A stretch of 64,000 nt of DNA from the IMG/VR virus record IMGVR_UViG_3300036823_000117, positions 1 through 64,000 of that record; one strand, 5' to 3'. Origin of the DNA: a virus. The translations under genes and the position numbers were made by a program. The notes under the pieces are model-generated. The model saw only the letters and a list, made by a program, of their open reading frames with translations, did no database searches and was not told where the DNA came from. This document shows positions 45,858 through 56,273 of the stretch, piece after piece; within the stretch, counting starts at the first letter, position 1, and each line of letters opens with the position of its first letter.

Positions 45858-46291
45858 CCGCCGTCCCCGTGATCAGCTGCGGGGAAGCCCGCGGCGCAGT
45901 CTGGTGCGCGACATGCCAGGAAGCATGGTCGGTACGCGTCCCCCTGTTCGCCGACGGGGTCCTCGCCGGCGAGTTCTCCTGCTGCCCCGGGTGCGGCACC
46001 TCCCACGCGGTCCCGTCCGCGAAGATCGAGGACGGCGACCAGCCGGCCGGCGCGACCGCGGCCGAAGGCCGCCGGGTCATGCTGCCCTTCCCGGCGCGGC
46101 TCCGCTCGGCGTGGCTGGCAGTCCGCGGCCGCGACGAGACACTGCCGGGCTGCGCGTACGGCGACTGCGGGCGCCGCGGGTCAAGCCGCTGGCAGTTCGC
46201 GCTGCCTGTAGATGACGGAACTTACAGGTACGCCTTCTGCCGGAAACGACATCGTGATCGGTGGGCGGCTGAGAACCAGTTCGTCAGTTAG
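45854..46291 (+). CDS. zinc-binding hypothetical protein
   Basis: CxxC pairs; FCRKRH. Confidence 0.6.
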   Translation: MTAVPVISCGEARGAVWCATCQEAWSVRVPLFADGVLAGEFSCCPGCGTSHAVPSAKIEDGDQPAGATAAEGRRVMLPFPARLRSAWLAVRGRDETLPGCAYGDCGRRGSSRWQFALPVDDGTYRYAFCRKRHRDRWAAENQFVS

Positions 46292-46613
46292 CGTCCCGGC
46301 GGCCGGCGTCCAGCTGATCGGCCCTATCTCGATGTGCGCCCACTGGCTGTGATCTTCCGGTGATGACCCGGGCGCCCCGAACGAGATCATCGAGCATCCT
46401 GCCCGGCACCTGTCGCACCGCAGGTCTTCCTGGGTGACCTGCGACTTGCAGGGGTGCCCTGTCCACCGGCCGCACTGGCAAGTCGGTCGCTTCAAAGCAC
46501 ATCCCCCTGGAATGACGGCGGATCCCGATAAGATGTTCTAGACAATGGTGGCCTGACGGTGGTGACACACCGCCAGGCCGTCCGCCGATCACCTGATCTC
46601 ACCAGGGACCGAC

Positions 46614-47396
46614 ATGGCCAAGAGTAAGTGCACCGCCCCCGGCTGCGAAAGAGTCGAGCAACTTCGGCGCGGCCTATGCAACAGGGACCGTCAGCGCCTC
46701 GCCCGGACCGGCTCCCTCGCCGACCCGGCGCCCATCACCGAGTGCGCCAAGGGCCACGAGTACACGCCCGAGAACACCTACACCGACCCGGCCGGCAAGC
46801 GGCACTGCCGCGAATGCGGCCGGGGAGTGAACAAGCGGTGGCGCGACAGGCGCGAGAAGGTGCCCTGCACGCTCTGCGCCCGGACCGCTGAGAAGCACGG
46901 GCTGTGCACGTCACACTTCCGGCGGCTGCAGGCGACAGGCAACCCGCTGAGCTCGGCTATCCGCGAGGCGAAACTAGACCCGGGGGAAAGACTCCGCCGC
47001 CGTCGCGCGGCTGTGCGGGCCTACGGTGCCGAACACGCCGTGGAACTGCTCGCCAAGCGGCAAGCGCTGCGCGAGGCCAACCCGGAACTGATCCGGGCCA
47101 TGGCTCGATCGCGGGCCGGGTTCTGGCGCGCAACCCATCCCGATGCCCTCCGCATCGACCGGCCGGCGGTCGACGCCGAGAAGGTTGACTACTCGGCGCT
47201 TCTTGACGAACACGGCATGGTCTGCCACATATGCGGCGGGGACATCGGCGGGTGGGGCGACCTGCACTTCGATCACGTCATCCCGATCGCCCGCGGCGGC
47301 GGCCACACCGCGGAGAACGTCCGGCCAGCGCACGCGCTGTGCAATCAGCGCAAGAAAGACAAGCTCATGTCCGAGCTGGGAGACATCGCCAGCTAG
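46614..47396 (+). CDS. HNH homing-type endonuclease
   Basis: CHICG....HFDHVIPIARGG.H..ENVRPAH..CN..K; N-terminal C..GHEYTPENT module. Confidence 0.92.
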   Translation: MAKSKCTAPGCERVEQLRRGLCNRDRQRLARTGSLADPAPITECAKGHEYTPENTYTDPAGKRHCRECGRGVNKRWRDRREKVPCTLCARTAEKHGLCTSHFRRLQATGNPLSSAIREAKLDPGERLRRRRAAVRAYGAEHAVELLAKRQALREANPELIRAMARSRAGFWRATHPDALRIDRPAVDAEKVDYSALLDEHGMVCHICGGDIGGWGDLHFDHVIPIARGGGHTAENVRPAHALCNQRKKDKLMSELGDIAS

Positions 47397-47437
47397 ATGT
47401 CACCCCTTCTTGGGAGAGGGGGTGATGCAGGTTGGTT

Positions 47438-49185
47438 ATGGCATTTCAGATGCCCATGGCGGATAACCGGGCTCAGTCCGCTATTCCGCAGGCAAACGCA
47501 CCATGGCCACCGATGGACAGCGAGGCTATTTCATACCAGTATCGTATCTGGAGTGCGTGGTTGTCCGGAAGTGTGGATGAGCTGGCTTGGGTGTATTATA
47601 ACCTATTCCAGAATAGTCCGGTTGCGCGAGCATATTTCGCCACGACCGGCGAGCGCGGACTACCAGTCCCTCGGCCGGGTCAGTACCGTGGCGGGCTTCT
47701 GGGATCCATTAACCGATTACCAAACGCACATTCCATGGCCAGCCGGTGCCCCCTGGTGAAAAGAGGACAAGATACCACATTCCCCTGGCCGGCGACATCG
47801 CCGCCACCAGCGCTGACCTGCTGTTCTCCCGGTTCCCGAAAGTCGCCGCGAAGGACAAGGGCACGCAGACAGTCCTCGACCAGCTGCTCGACGACGGCGC
47901 GCACGCCACGTTCCTGGAAGCCGCGGAGATGTGCTCGGCCCTGGGCGGCGTGTTCTTGAGGACCGTGTGGGATACCGAGGTCAGCGACCGGCCGTGGATC
48001 GACCTGGTTGCCGCCGACGCCGCGGTCCCGAGGTTTTCGTACCGCAAGCTGGTCGGCGTCACCTTCTGGCGCATCCTGTCCGATGACGGCAAGGAAGTCG
48101 TCCGCCACCTCGAGACCCACGTGCCCGGCCAGAACCGGATCGTGCACGGCGTCTACAAGGGCGACCAGCAGGACCTTGGCCGGCAGTACGCCCTGACGGA
48201 CTTCCCGGAGACGCAGCAGTTCGCCCAGTACCTCACCGCGGGCGACTCGATTGAGTTCCCCGACCAGCCAAAAGACGCGTCGACCGTCACGTACATCCCG
48301 AACATGCTGCCGAACCGGATCTGGCGGCAGCTCGGGCCGCAGGCCGCGCCGCTGGGCCGGTCGGATTACTCGGGCTGCGAGACGCTCCTCGACGCGCTCG
48401 ACGAGACGTGGACGAGCTGGATGCGGGACATCCAGCTGGCCAAGGCCCGCCTGATCGTCCCGCAGGGCTACGTCGACAACATCGGCAGGGGCAAGGGCGG
48501 CGTTTTTGACCCTGACCGGCAGGTGTACGTCCCCGTTGCCAGCCTCGCCGGGTCCGGCGGGGCGAGCCAGGACATCATGGCGAACCAGTTCAAGATCCGG
48601 TACCTCGAGCACAAGCAGACCATCTCCGAGGCCATCTCCCAGGTGGTCCGCCGCGCCGGGTACTCAGTCGGCGACTTCGGCGAGGATGACAGTACCGTGG
48701 CGCTGACGGCCACGGAGATCGAGGCGCGGGAGCGCCGGTCCCTGATCACCAGGGACAAGAAGATCCTCTACTGGCGGCCCGCGACCCGGGACATCCTGTA
48801 CGGGCTCCTGTCGGTGCAGGCGTCCATGTTCGGCGACAAGTCGATTACCGTCGAGCGGCCCGACATCAACTGGACCGAGATCGTCCTGCCCGACAAGCTC
48901 GAGATCGCGCAGACTGCCGCGGCCCTCGCCGGCGCTGAGGCCGCCTCCAAGCAGACCCTCGTGCAGATGGTCCACCCCGACTGGACCACCGACCAGATCA
49001 ACGAGGAAGTCCAGCGGATCAACCTTGAGGTCGGCACCGAGCTCCTCACTCACGCCCGCATCGACCTCGCCGGAGTCATGGGCGAGCCTCTCGGGCAGCA
49101 GATCCAGGACATCGTCCAGCCAGTGTCCGTGCCGGATGTCCCGGCGCACGTACCGGGTGAGGACGTCGACATGGGAGGCCAGTAA
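47438..49185 (+). CDS. portal protein, frameshifted near 47716-47726
   Basis: 5' frame WPP...WSAWLSG; 3' frame GEKRTRYHIPLAGDIA.TSADLLF, LGRSDY, W.SWMRDI.L.KAR. Confidence 0.88.
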
Positions 49186-49397
49186 TGCCAGATGCGAAGC
49201 AGCGGGCACGGGACGCGCTCGAGCACCTCAGGGCGTTCGAGCAGGGCGCGCTCGCCGACGTGAAGACCGAGCTCGCCAAGCTCGCGGGCCTGCTCCAGGG
49301 CAACGGCGACCCGGTCGCGGAGCCGGAGCCCGATGAGGCCCCGGCCGCGCCCGCGCCACCGGCTCCCGTCCCGCCGAAGCCGGCCGCCGGGTCCTGA
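49185..49397 (+). CDS. hypothetical protein
   Basis: TAATG-coupled. Confidence 0.6.
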   Translation: MPDAKQRARDALEHLRAFEQGALADVKTELAKLAGLLQGNGDPVAEPEPDEAPAAPAPPAPVPPKPAAGS

Positions 49398-49398
49398 C

Positions 49399-49626
49399 AT
49401 GGCTAAGGCCACGATCAAGTCGCCCGGCAAGAAGCCAGTCACCTTCACCAAGGGCGGCCTGCACCAGTCCACCGGCACGCCGCAGGGCCAGAAGATCCCG
49501 GCCGCGAAGATGGCCGCCGCGGCGGCCGGGAAGCTCGGGCCGAAGGCCCAGAAACAGGCCGTCATGGCCAAGGGCATGCTGGCCGCCGGCCGGAAGACCG
49601 CGGCCTCCAACAGGAAGAAGGGATAG
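49399..49626 (+). CDS. small Lys-rich protein
   Basis: KGGLHQSTGTPQGQKIP. Confidence 0.7.
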   Translation: MAKATIKSPGKKPVTFTKGGLHQSTGTPQGQKIPAAKMAAAAAGKLGPKAQKQAVMAKGMLAAGRKTAASNRKKG

Positions 49627-49630
49627 CGCC

Positions 49631-49828
49631 ATGGCTATCGGAGCAAGCGGACCCGCCTCCCACGTCCCCACGACCTGCCCGGTTTCCGGTGCGGGTGCCC
49701 AGCCGGCCGCGGGCCGGGTCGGCGCGCACGTCTCGGGTTCCGGCACGATGCCGGGCACCGGGGCGAAGGCCAGTGCGCCGACGCCGCAGCACCCGGGCAA
49801 CACCCACCGGACGTCCGGGCTGAAGTGA
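49631..49828 (+). CDS. small hypothetical protein
   Basis: Operon position. Confidence 0.5.
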   Translation: MAIGASGPASHVPTTCPVSGAGAQPAAGRVGAHVSGSGTMPGTGAKASAPTPQHPGNTHRTSGLK

Positions 49829-50115
49829 CCCAGCCCAACCGGCGGCAGCCGGCCGGCGCGCACGTCGCGTCGGCTGTCGCCGGCCAGGGGCCGCGGGACC
49901 TGTCCGCGACCCTGGAACGGCACCGGCAGCGCGAAGCGGGCCCGACGCAGCCGCCATCCGCACCGCAGGGCGGCTGGCCGAAGACCGCCGGCCGCGACCC
50001 CGACTCCCCCGTGGGCATCGAGCCGTCGACCCCGTTCACAGGTGACCCGCTGACCTCCGCGACGCCGTTCGCGTACACGTCAGGCAACCAGTCCCACCCG
50101 AACCCGAACTACTAG
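49825..50115 (+). CDS. hypothetical protein
   Basis: GTGA-coupled. Confidence 0.55.
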   Translation: MTQPNRRQPAGAHVASAVAGQGPRDLSATLERHRQREAGPTQPPSAPQGGWPKTAGRDPDSPVGIEPSTPFTGDPLTSATPFAYTSGNQSHPNPNY

Positions 50116-50125
50116 GAGCGCCGCC

Positions 50126-50590
50126 TTGCAGCCGTCTGTCGGTCGCGTGGTTCACTACGTCAGCTACGGGACGCCCGGCGGCGAGTACGGCAAGGAATGC
50201 CGGGCCGCGATCATCACCGAGGCAAAGGCTGACCTGGGCATGACCGACCGTGTCGGGCTCGCCGTGCTCAACCCGTCGGGGCTGTTCTTTGACCCCGGCG
50301 TCGTTTACCACGCAGGCGGCGAAACCGCGGGCACGCCCGGTTGCCCCGATGCGGCGTCGCACGGAAACCCGATGCGGTACTGCGCGTGCGGCTGGACCGA
50401 GGCCGCCTACGCGGGCGGGACCTGGCACTGGCCCGAGCGAACGGGCGACCAAGCGCCGCCGGTCACAGTCAGCTTCTCGGGGGCTGGCCCGCTGAGCGAG
50501 CAGATGATTGCCGGGATCAGGGACATCGTGGCCGCCGAATTGCGCAAGCACGGCGGCCACGAACTGGGCGCCCGCCCGCCTCGGTACTGA
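50126..50590 (+). CDS. phage hypothetical protein
   Basis: PSVGRVVHYVS.GTPGGEY...CRAAIIT...GTWHWPER. Confidence 0.75.
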   Translation: MQPSVGRVVHYVSYGTPGGEYGKECRAAIITEAKADLGMTDRVGLAVLNPSGLFFDPGVVYHAGGETAGTPGCPDAASHGNPMRYCACGWTEAAYAGGTWHWPERTGDQAPPVTVSFSGAGPLSEQMIAGIRDIVAAELRKHGGHELGARPPRY

Positions 50591-50681
50591 TGGACGACCT
50601 CACCTGCCGGGCCTGCCGCCGCGGCGACTGCGAGCGGTGCCAGGACCCGAACTGCACCTGTGACCACGGAGGAGACGACTG

Positions 50682-50945
50682 ATGGCCGCGCCTAAGAAGG
50701 ACGGCAAGTCCCGTGTCTCCCGCGCCGCGGCCGCGGCGAAGGCCCGCACTGACGGCGGCGCGGTGAACTCCAAGGCTGACCTGAAGGAGAACGTCGCTCG
50801 CGGCGCCGGCCCGACTGTTCCTGGCCGCAACAAGCCTGTCAGCCGGCCCGTGATGAAGCCCCCGGCGGTCAGCAAGCAGGGTGGCGGGACGATCGCGCAG
50901 CGCGCCAACGCCGTCGCGGCCCGCAGGGCGGCGACGGGGAAGTGA
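50682..50945 (+). CDS. basic hypothetical protein
   Basis: GGAGGAG RBS; Lys/Arg-rich. Confidence 0.6.
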   Translation: MAAPKKDGKSRVSRAAAAAKARTDGGAVNSKADLKENVARGAGPTVPGRNKPVSRPVMKPPAVSKQGGGTIAQRANAVAARRAATGK

Positions 50946-51286
50946 GCGCCGCCGACCTGCAGGCCCTCGTCGGCGGCCTGGTCGCCGACGCGGTCGACTC
51001 CGCAGGAGCGGGCAGCGAGAACATCGGCTACGCCGTCACGTTCTCCCCGATCAACTCCCCTGACGGATCCGGCGCGGTCGCGTGGATGTTCATCCTCACC
51101 ATCCCCAGCGTCCTTTTCGGCACGCTCCCCCACTGTGTCCAGACGGACCCGCTGATCTGCGCGTCGGTCCCGTCGCAGCTGCAGGTCTCCCAGGTCGTCG
51201 GCGCGTGCCTGCCGCCGCTCCGCGCAGCCCGGCAGGCCGAGCGGGAAACCATCCTGGCCGATGGCGCCCAGGGCCGCCTCAACTGA
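50942..51286 (+). CDS. hypothetical protein
   Basis: GTGA-coupled. Confidence 0.55.
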   Translation: MSAADLQALVGGLVADAVDSAGAGSENIGYAVTFSPINSPDGSGAVAWMFILTIPSVLFGTLPHCVQTDPLICASVPSQLQVSQVVGACLPPLRAARQAERETILADGAQGRLN

Positions 51287-52313
51287 ACCCTCGGGGCAGG
51301 CCCGCGATGACGCTGCTGCGCAGGCCTCCGCCCGGGGCGCCGCAGTCATGGGCGCCGCCGAGACCCTGATCCTCGCCGCCATCGCCGCCGCGGTCCGCAA
51401 GGTACTCGGCGGAATGCCCGCGTCACTCGCGGCCCGCCAGCTCCGCGCCACCCTGGTCGATGTCATGACCCAGGCCCGTTCCGCGATGAACGGGATCCTC
51501 GCCTCAGCCACCCGCGACGCCCGCGCCGACGTCCAGCGGGTTGTCAGCGCCGACCTCGGCGAGCTCGCCGGGATCCTGCCGCAGCGGCCGCTCCCGCCGC
51601 TGGCCCGCCTCGCCGGGGACCTGCGCACCGCCGAGCACACCGCAGCCGCCGCAGCCATGGCCGCCCTCACCGCGATCCTCGCGGCCGCGCTGGCAGCCAG
51701 CACCGTGACCGGCCGTCTCGCCGAAGCGCAGCGGCTCCTCGATGACCTCGCCGCCGCCGGGCTGCACGCCCACACCGACCGCGCCGGCCGCAAGTGGGGA
51801 CTCGGCACCTATGCCTCCGCGGCCACCGCCGGCGCGGTCGCCGCGGCGCACCTGGCCATGCAGCTCGCCGCGTACGAGGACGCGGGCGTCGACCTGGTCC
51901 TCATCACCCGCGACTCCTCGAAGCCGCCGTGCCCGAGGTGCGCGCCGTACCTGTGGAAGGTGCTGTCCCTGTCCGGCCACCACGCCGGCCCGGTCACCAT
52001 CACCGACGCGTCTGGCCGCGACCAGACCCTGCACGTGTCCGGCACCCTCGCCGACGCGCAGGCACACGGCCTGTTCCACCCGAGGTGCCGCGACTCCGCT
52101 CACCCCTGGGCCGACGGCGCGCACATCACCGCCGACGTCCCGCCCGGCCCCGCCGCGGCCCGCGAGCACCAGGCCCGCTACCAGGCCGAGCAGCAGCAGC
52201 GACGCGCAGACCACGCCCGGCTCACCGCCCGCCGACGGCAGGCCATGGCCCTCTCACCGCAGGCCCGCACCCGCGCCCGCCGCAAGGCCGCCGCCCTCAA
52301 GACCACCCGCTGA
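51261..52313 (+). CDS. minor capsid/head morphogenesis protein
   Basis: DRAGRKW.L.TY, CPRCAPY..KVLS, GLFHPRCR. Confidence 0.85.
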   Translation: MAPRAASTEPSGQARDDAAAQASARGAAVMGAAETLILAAIAAAVRKVLGGMPASLAARQLRATLVDVMTQARSAMNGILASATRDARADVQRVVSADLGELAGILPQRPLPPLARLAGDLRTAEHTAAAAAMAALTAILAAALAASTVTGRLAEAQRLLDDLAAAGLHAHTDRAGRKWGLGTYASAATAGAVAAAHLAMQLAAYEDAGVDLVLITRDSSKPPCPRCAPYLWKVLSLSGHHAGPVTITDASGRDQTLHVSGTLADAQAHGLFHPRCRDSAHPWADGAHITADVPPGPAAAREHQARYQAEQQQRRADHARLTARRRQAMALSPQARTRARRKAAALKTTR

Positions 52314-52326
52314 CCGCGGGTTCCAC

Positions 52327-52351
52327 GCCCGGCCAGGCGCCGGGCTTTTCT
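52327..52351 (+). terminator. intrinsic terminator
   Basis: GCCCGGC...GCCGGGC TTTT. Confidence 0.65.
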
Positions 52352-52373
52352 CATGCCCCAGGAGGGCCAGTCG

Positions 52374-53318
52374 ATGCTCGACCGATTCCTGCCCGTGACG
52401 CCTGGCGCGCTCATCGGCTACCGCCGCAACGGCACACCGATCCGGCTCATCGCCGGCGGATCTGAGGCAGCCCCGGAGGCTCCTCCCGCACCGCCAGCCG
52501 ACCCGGCGCCGCAGCCACCCGACCCGACCGTGCAGCCGCCTGCCCAGCCGGCCGCCGCACCCGACCCCGCTGGCCAGCCGCCCGCAGACCCGGCCCAGCC
52601 GGCCGCTGAGAGCGTCGACCAGTTGCCCGCGTGGGCGCAGAAGACGATAGCCGAGACGCGCCGCGAGGCCGCCGCAGCCCGCACGAAGGCCAAGGAACTC
52701 GGCGACGCGCAGGCAACACGGGACACCCAGCACGCCGAGCAGATGGCCGGCATCGCCCGCGCCCTCGGCCTCGCCCCCGAGGAAACCACCCCCGAGCAGC
52801 TCACCGCCCAGCGCGACCAGGCCCGTGCCGACGCCGCAGCCAACGCCGCCAGCGCCCGCGCCACGCAGGTCGAGCTCGCCGTGTTCCGCGCCGCCCACCA
52901 GGCCGGCGTGAACGCCAGCGCCCTGCTCGACTCCCGCACCTTCGTCTCGACCCTCGACGGGCTGGACCCGTCATCCGAGGGGTTCGCCCAGGTCGTCGCC
53001 GACAAGATCGCCGCGGCCGTCGAGACGAACCCCGCATGGAAGGCGCAGGTCCCCGTCCCGGCAGTCCCGGCGACTGCCCCCGCGGCCCCGCCGCCCCTCG
53101 CACCGCCCGCCCCGGCGCCACCGGAGCAGGGCGTGCAGCCCCCCGCGGTCCCGGCATCCGGGCCGCAGGGCGGGTTCCCGTCACCGCCGCCTCCGGGCGG
53201 CAGGCAGCTCACTGCCGCGGACGCGCAGAACATGACAGCCCAGCAGGTCCAGGAGGCCATCAACGCGGGGCTGTTCATGGAGGCGGGCTTCGGCCCGGCG
53301 CGCTCGACGCGGCGCTAG
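52374..53318 (+). CDS. capsid scaffolding protein
   Basis: LPAWAQ.....RREAA..R; LLDSR.F; Pro-rich; precedes the capsid gene. Confidence 0.8.
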   Translation: MLDRFLPVTPGALIGYRRNGTPIRLIAGGSEAAPEAPPAPPADPAPQPPDPTVQPPAQPAAAPDPAGQPPADPAQPAAESVDQLPAWAQKTIAETRREAAAARTKAKELGDAQATRDTQHAEQMAGIARALGLAPEETTPEQLTAQRDQARADAAANAASARATQVELAVFRAAHQAGVNASALLDSRTFVSTLDGLDPSSEGFAQVVADKIAAAVETNPAWKAQVPVPAVPATAPAAPPPLAPPAPAPPEQGVQPPAVPASGPQGGFPSPPPPGGRQLTAADAQNMTAQQVQEAINAGLFMEAGFGPARSTRR

Positions 53319-53429
53319 TACGACCCCTTCAGCCAGTTCGACCGGTACGCACCCCCAGGCGGGGTGGCCGGCAGTACGTCAGCCAGCCACTCAGTCCCAA
53401 ACGGACATTAGCCAAAGGCGGTGTTAAAC

Positions 53430-54353
53430 GTGTCGGTACTAGCGTTTAAGCCCGAAATTTGGAGCAAAGTCATCCTCGCCGCGCTCCAGAAGAACCTCGT
53501 TTACGGCTCCCCCGCAGTCGTCAACAGCGACTACGAAGGTGAAGTCGCGGGCCCGGGAAACGTCGTGCACATCACGCAGTTCAGTGACCCGACGATCACC
53601 GCGTACACCCCGAACGCGACTCTGACCTACCAGGCGCTGTCGGACGCCGGGTTCGACCTGAACATCGACCAGGCGCAGTCGTTCAGCTTCGCGGTCGACG
53701 ACGTCGACCGGCGGCAGGCCGCAGGCGACATGCAGTCCTACCTGGAGGAGAGGGCTTCCTACCAGCTGGCCAACACCGCGGACACGTTCCTCGCCGGCCT
53801 GTACACCGGGGTCTCGACGAGCAACGTCATCGCGAACGGCGCGAACTCGTCGATCACCGCCACCCACGAGCTGACCCCCGCGGTCTACTCGTCGACCCAC
53901 CCGGCGGACTTCTACCAGCAGGTCGCCCTGCCTTTGAAGGTCGCCCTCACCCAGGCGAACATCCCCATGAAGGGTCGCTACATGATCCTTCCGCCCTGGG
54001 CCGAGGCACTCATCGAGCAGACCCAGGCGTTCATCGCGATCACCAACATGCAGGGCCAGGCGTCGGAAGTCTTCCAGGAGGGTTCCATCGGCCGCATGGC
54101 CGGCTTCGACCTCTACGTGTCGAACAACGCCGTCAACTTCGACCCGACCGCCAACTCCAACCAGGGCGGGTGGATCGTCCAGGCCGGACATCCCATGGCG
54201 TTGACCTACGCTGAGCAGATCGTTCAAACGGAGGCCCTGAGGCTTCAGACGACATTCGCGGACGGCGTACGCGGATTGCACGTTTACGGGGCAAAGCTGG
54301 TCCGTCCCGACGCAATCGCCGTCGCGGGCGTCATCCGGCCAACCGGCATCTGA
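53430..54353 (+). CDS. major capsid protein
   Basis: FKPEIWS, NSDYEGE...GNVVHI, FADGVRGLHVYGAKLVRP. Confidence 0.92.
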   Translation: MSVLAFKPEIWSKVILAALQKNLVYGSPAVVNSDYEGEVAGPGNVVHITQFSDPTITAYTPNATLTYQALSDAGFDLNIDQAQSFSFAVDDVDRRQAAGDMQSYLEERASYQLANTADTFLAGLYTGVSTSNVIANGANSSITATHELTPAVYSSTHPADFYQQVALPLKVALTQANIPMKGRYMILPPWAEALIEQTQAFIAITNMQGQASEVFQEGSIGRMAGFDLYVSNNAVNFDPTANSNQGGWIVQAGHPMALTYAEQIVQTEALRLQTTFADGVRGLHVYGAKLVRPDAIAVAGVIRPTGI

Positions 54354-54390
54354 TCCCTGACCGCAGCGATACAGCAAGGAGACAGGGCAG

Positions 54391-54828
54391 ATGACTGCTC
54401 GTACCGTGATTCCGGCGGCCAACATCCTCGCCGTCAGCAGGGATTCCTTCGGGACCCTGCCGTCGGCGGTGGCTGGCGCCGCGACGATGTACTTCAACTC
54501 GAACCCGACGGCCGGCATTCAGGCTCCGTCGAAGGTGCTGTTCTTCTTCGTGATCGGCAGCACCGCGACGGTCGTGACGATCCGGGCGTCGAGCAACGGC
54601 GTGAACGTGGCGGGCACGGCGCAGACCGCGCTGGCGCCGGCGTCCACGGTGTTCACGCAGTCGACGGTCGGTGACCTGGTGTCGGCATCGACGACCAGCG
54701 CGACGATCACCGCGGGGCCGCTGAACTCGGACCGGTTCCAGCAGCCGGACGGGAACATCTACATCGACCTGTCCCAGACCACGTCGGTGACGGTGTACGC
54801 GCTGCAGCTGCCGTTCAACGCTATCTAG
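54391..54828 (+). CDS. putative virion (decoration) protein
   Basis: Beta-rich; RFQQPDG.IYID. Confidence 0.65.
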   Translation: MTARTVIPAANILAVSRDSFGTLPSAVAGAATMYFNSNPTAGIQAPSKVLFFFVIGSTATVVTIRASSNGVNVAGTAQTALAPASTVFTQSTVGDLVSASTTSATITAGPLNSDRFQQPDGNIYIDLSQTTSVTVYALQLPFNAI

Positions 54829-54831
54829 CCG

Positions 54832-55191
54832 ATGGCCGACGCGTGGCTGCGGGGGGAGAACGGGGCGGTCCTGACGGTGGGTGAGCCGCTGCCCGCAGGG
54901 GTGGCGGCCCGCCTGGCGTCGGGCGAGTTGTCCCGCATTCCCCCGCCAGCCCGCGGCGGCGTCATCCCGGCCCAGCTCGCCGTGACCGCGGATCAGCCGA
55001 GCATCGAGCTCGCGGCCGCCGCGCATGTGATGCCGGCTGTTCCGCCCCCGGCCGCGGATGCCAAGCGGGGCGAGTGGGCGAGGTACGCGATCAGCCAGGG
55101 CGCTGACCCGGGTGAGGCGTGGAAGATGTCCCGCGACGCGCTGGCTGCCCGGTTCGGTACCCAGCTAGGAGAGGATCTGCGGTGGCCCTGA
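54832..55191 (+). CDS. hypothetical head-associated protein
   Basis: GE.G.V; K.EW..YA...G. Confidence 0.65.
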   Translation: MADAWLRGENGAVLTVGEPLPAGVAARLASGELSRIPPPARGGVIPAQLAVTADQPSIELAAAAHVMPAVPPPAADAKRGEWARYAISQGADPGEAWKMSRDALAARFGTQLGEDLRWP

Positions 55192-55445
55192 CGCTGACGC
55201 AGGTGGCAGTCACTTCGGCCGCCACCGCGCTCCCAGCGCTGTCCCTCGGCTCGGCAGTCACGCTTATCGCGTCGGCTGCCACGAACATCGGCACCAGCAA
55301 TGCGGTAACAACCAGCACGGGATTCGTCCTTCCGGCGAATGTGCCGGTCACGCTGCCGCTGCTGGATTACATCGGCCAGTCCCCCGCGGCGCTCTACGCG
55401 ATCACGGCCTCGACGGCCACCCTGAGCGTCGCGATTTCCTCGTAG
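55182..55445 (+). CDS. small virion protein
   Basis: Thr/Ala-rich beta protein. Confidence 0.6.
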   Translation: MALTLTQVAVTSAATALPALSLGSAVTLIASAATNIGTSNAVTTSTGFVLPANVPVTLPLLDYIGQSPAALYAITASTATLSVAISS

Positions 55446-55458
55446 CAGGGGGTGAGCG

Positions 55459-56208
55459 GTGTCCGGCAGCGTCCTTTCCTACACCGTGTCGGATGTCATT
55501 CCCGGCGGGCAGATCCTTCTGACGCAGCTGTTCGAGACGTTCGTCGGCAGCGGCCAGGCGGCGAGCGCGTCGGGCGTGACGGTCACGATCGCTGCGGCGG
55601 CCGGCCCGTCGGGCGGGTCGGGTACGCCGGTCCCGGCGACGAGCACGGGCCTGTCGAGCACCAGCGGCAGCCTGTACACCTACACCTGGAACTGCCTGGC
55701 CAGCACGGTCCCGGGCGACTACACCGTCACATTCGCCGGCAGTGTCGGCGGGACGGCGATCTCGTACTCGTGGGTGGTCACGGTCGCGGCGCCCCCTGCG
55801 GCCGCGCCCGCACCGGGCGTGTATGCCACCCTCGCGCAGTACCAGGACGAGGTCGGTGACACGGCTACGCCGCCGTCGCTGGTGACGGCGAAGCTGCGGC
55901 TGGCCTCCGATGACATTGACATGGCGCTGGTCGGCGCGGTGTACCCGGTGAACCCGCAGGGCATGCCGACGGACCCGCTGGTGATCAACGTGCTTATGCG
56001 GGCGTGCTGCCAGCAGGTCGCGTTCCTTCTCGCTGATAACGATGACCAGGGCGTGAAGCGGCAGTACTCGACGACGTCCTCGAGCGGGGTGTCGGCGACG
56101 AGGACGGCGAGCGCTCAGGGGATGCTCCTGCCTCCTCTGGGGCCGCGGGCCCTTCAGATTCTCCGCACGAACGGCGTGCTGCAGGCCGCCGTGCTCATCG
56201 GCTGGTAG
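55459..56208 (+). CDS. head-tail adaptor with N-terminal Ig-like domain
   Basis: YATL...LRLAS.DID..L..AVY......PTD...A.C.QV. Confidence 0.75.
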   Translation: MSGSVLSYTVSDVIPGGQILLTQLFETFVGSGQAASASGVTVTIAAAAGPSGGSGTPVPATSTGLSSTSGSLYTYTWNCLASTVPGDYTVTFAGSVGGTAISYSWVVTVAAPPAAAPAPGVYATLAQYQDEVGDTATPPSLVTAKLRLASDDIDMALVGAVYPVNPQGMPTDPLVINVLMRACCQQVAFLLADNDDQGVKRQYSTTSSSGVSATRTASAQGMLLPPLGPRALQILRTNGVLQAAVLIGW

Positions 56209-56273
56209 CCGCTTCCTCATTCTTTGCCGTGCTGTTGCGTGGCCACTGTTCTCGCGCCTGAAAGGACACCACC

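Noticed and set aside
52460-53200. Pro/Ala repeats in the scaffold as a DNA repeat element
   Set aside because: Protein-level low complexity with variable codons
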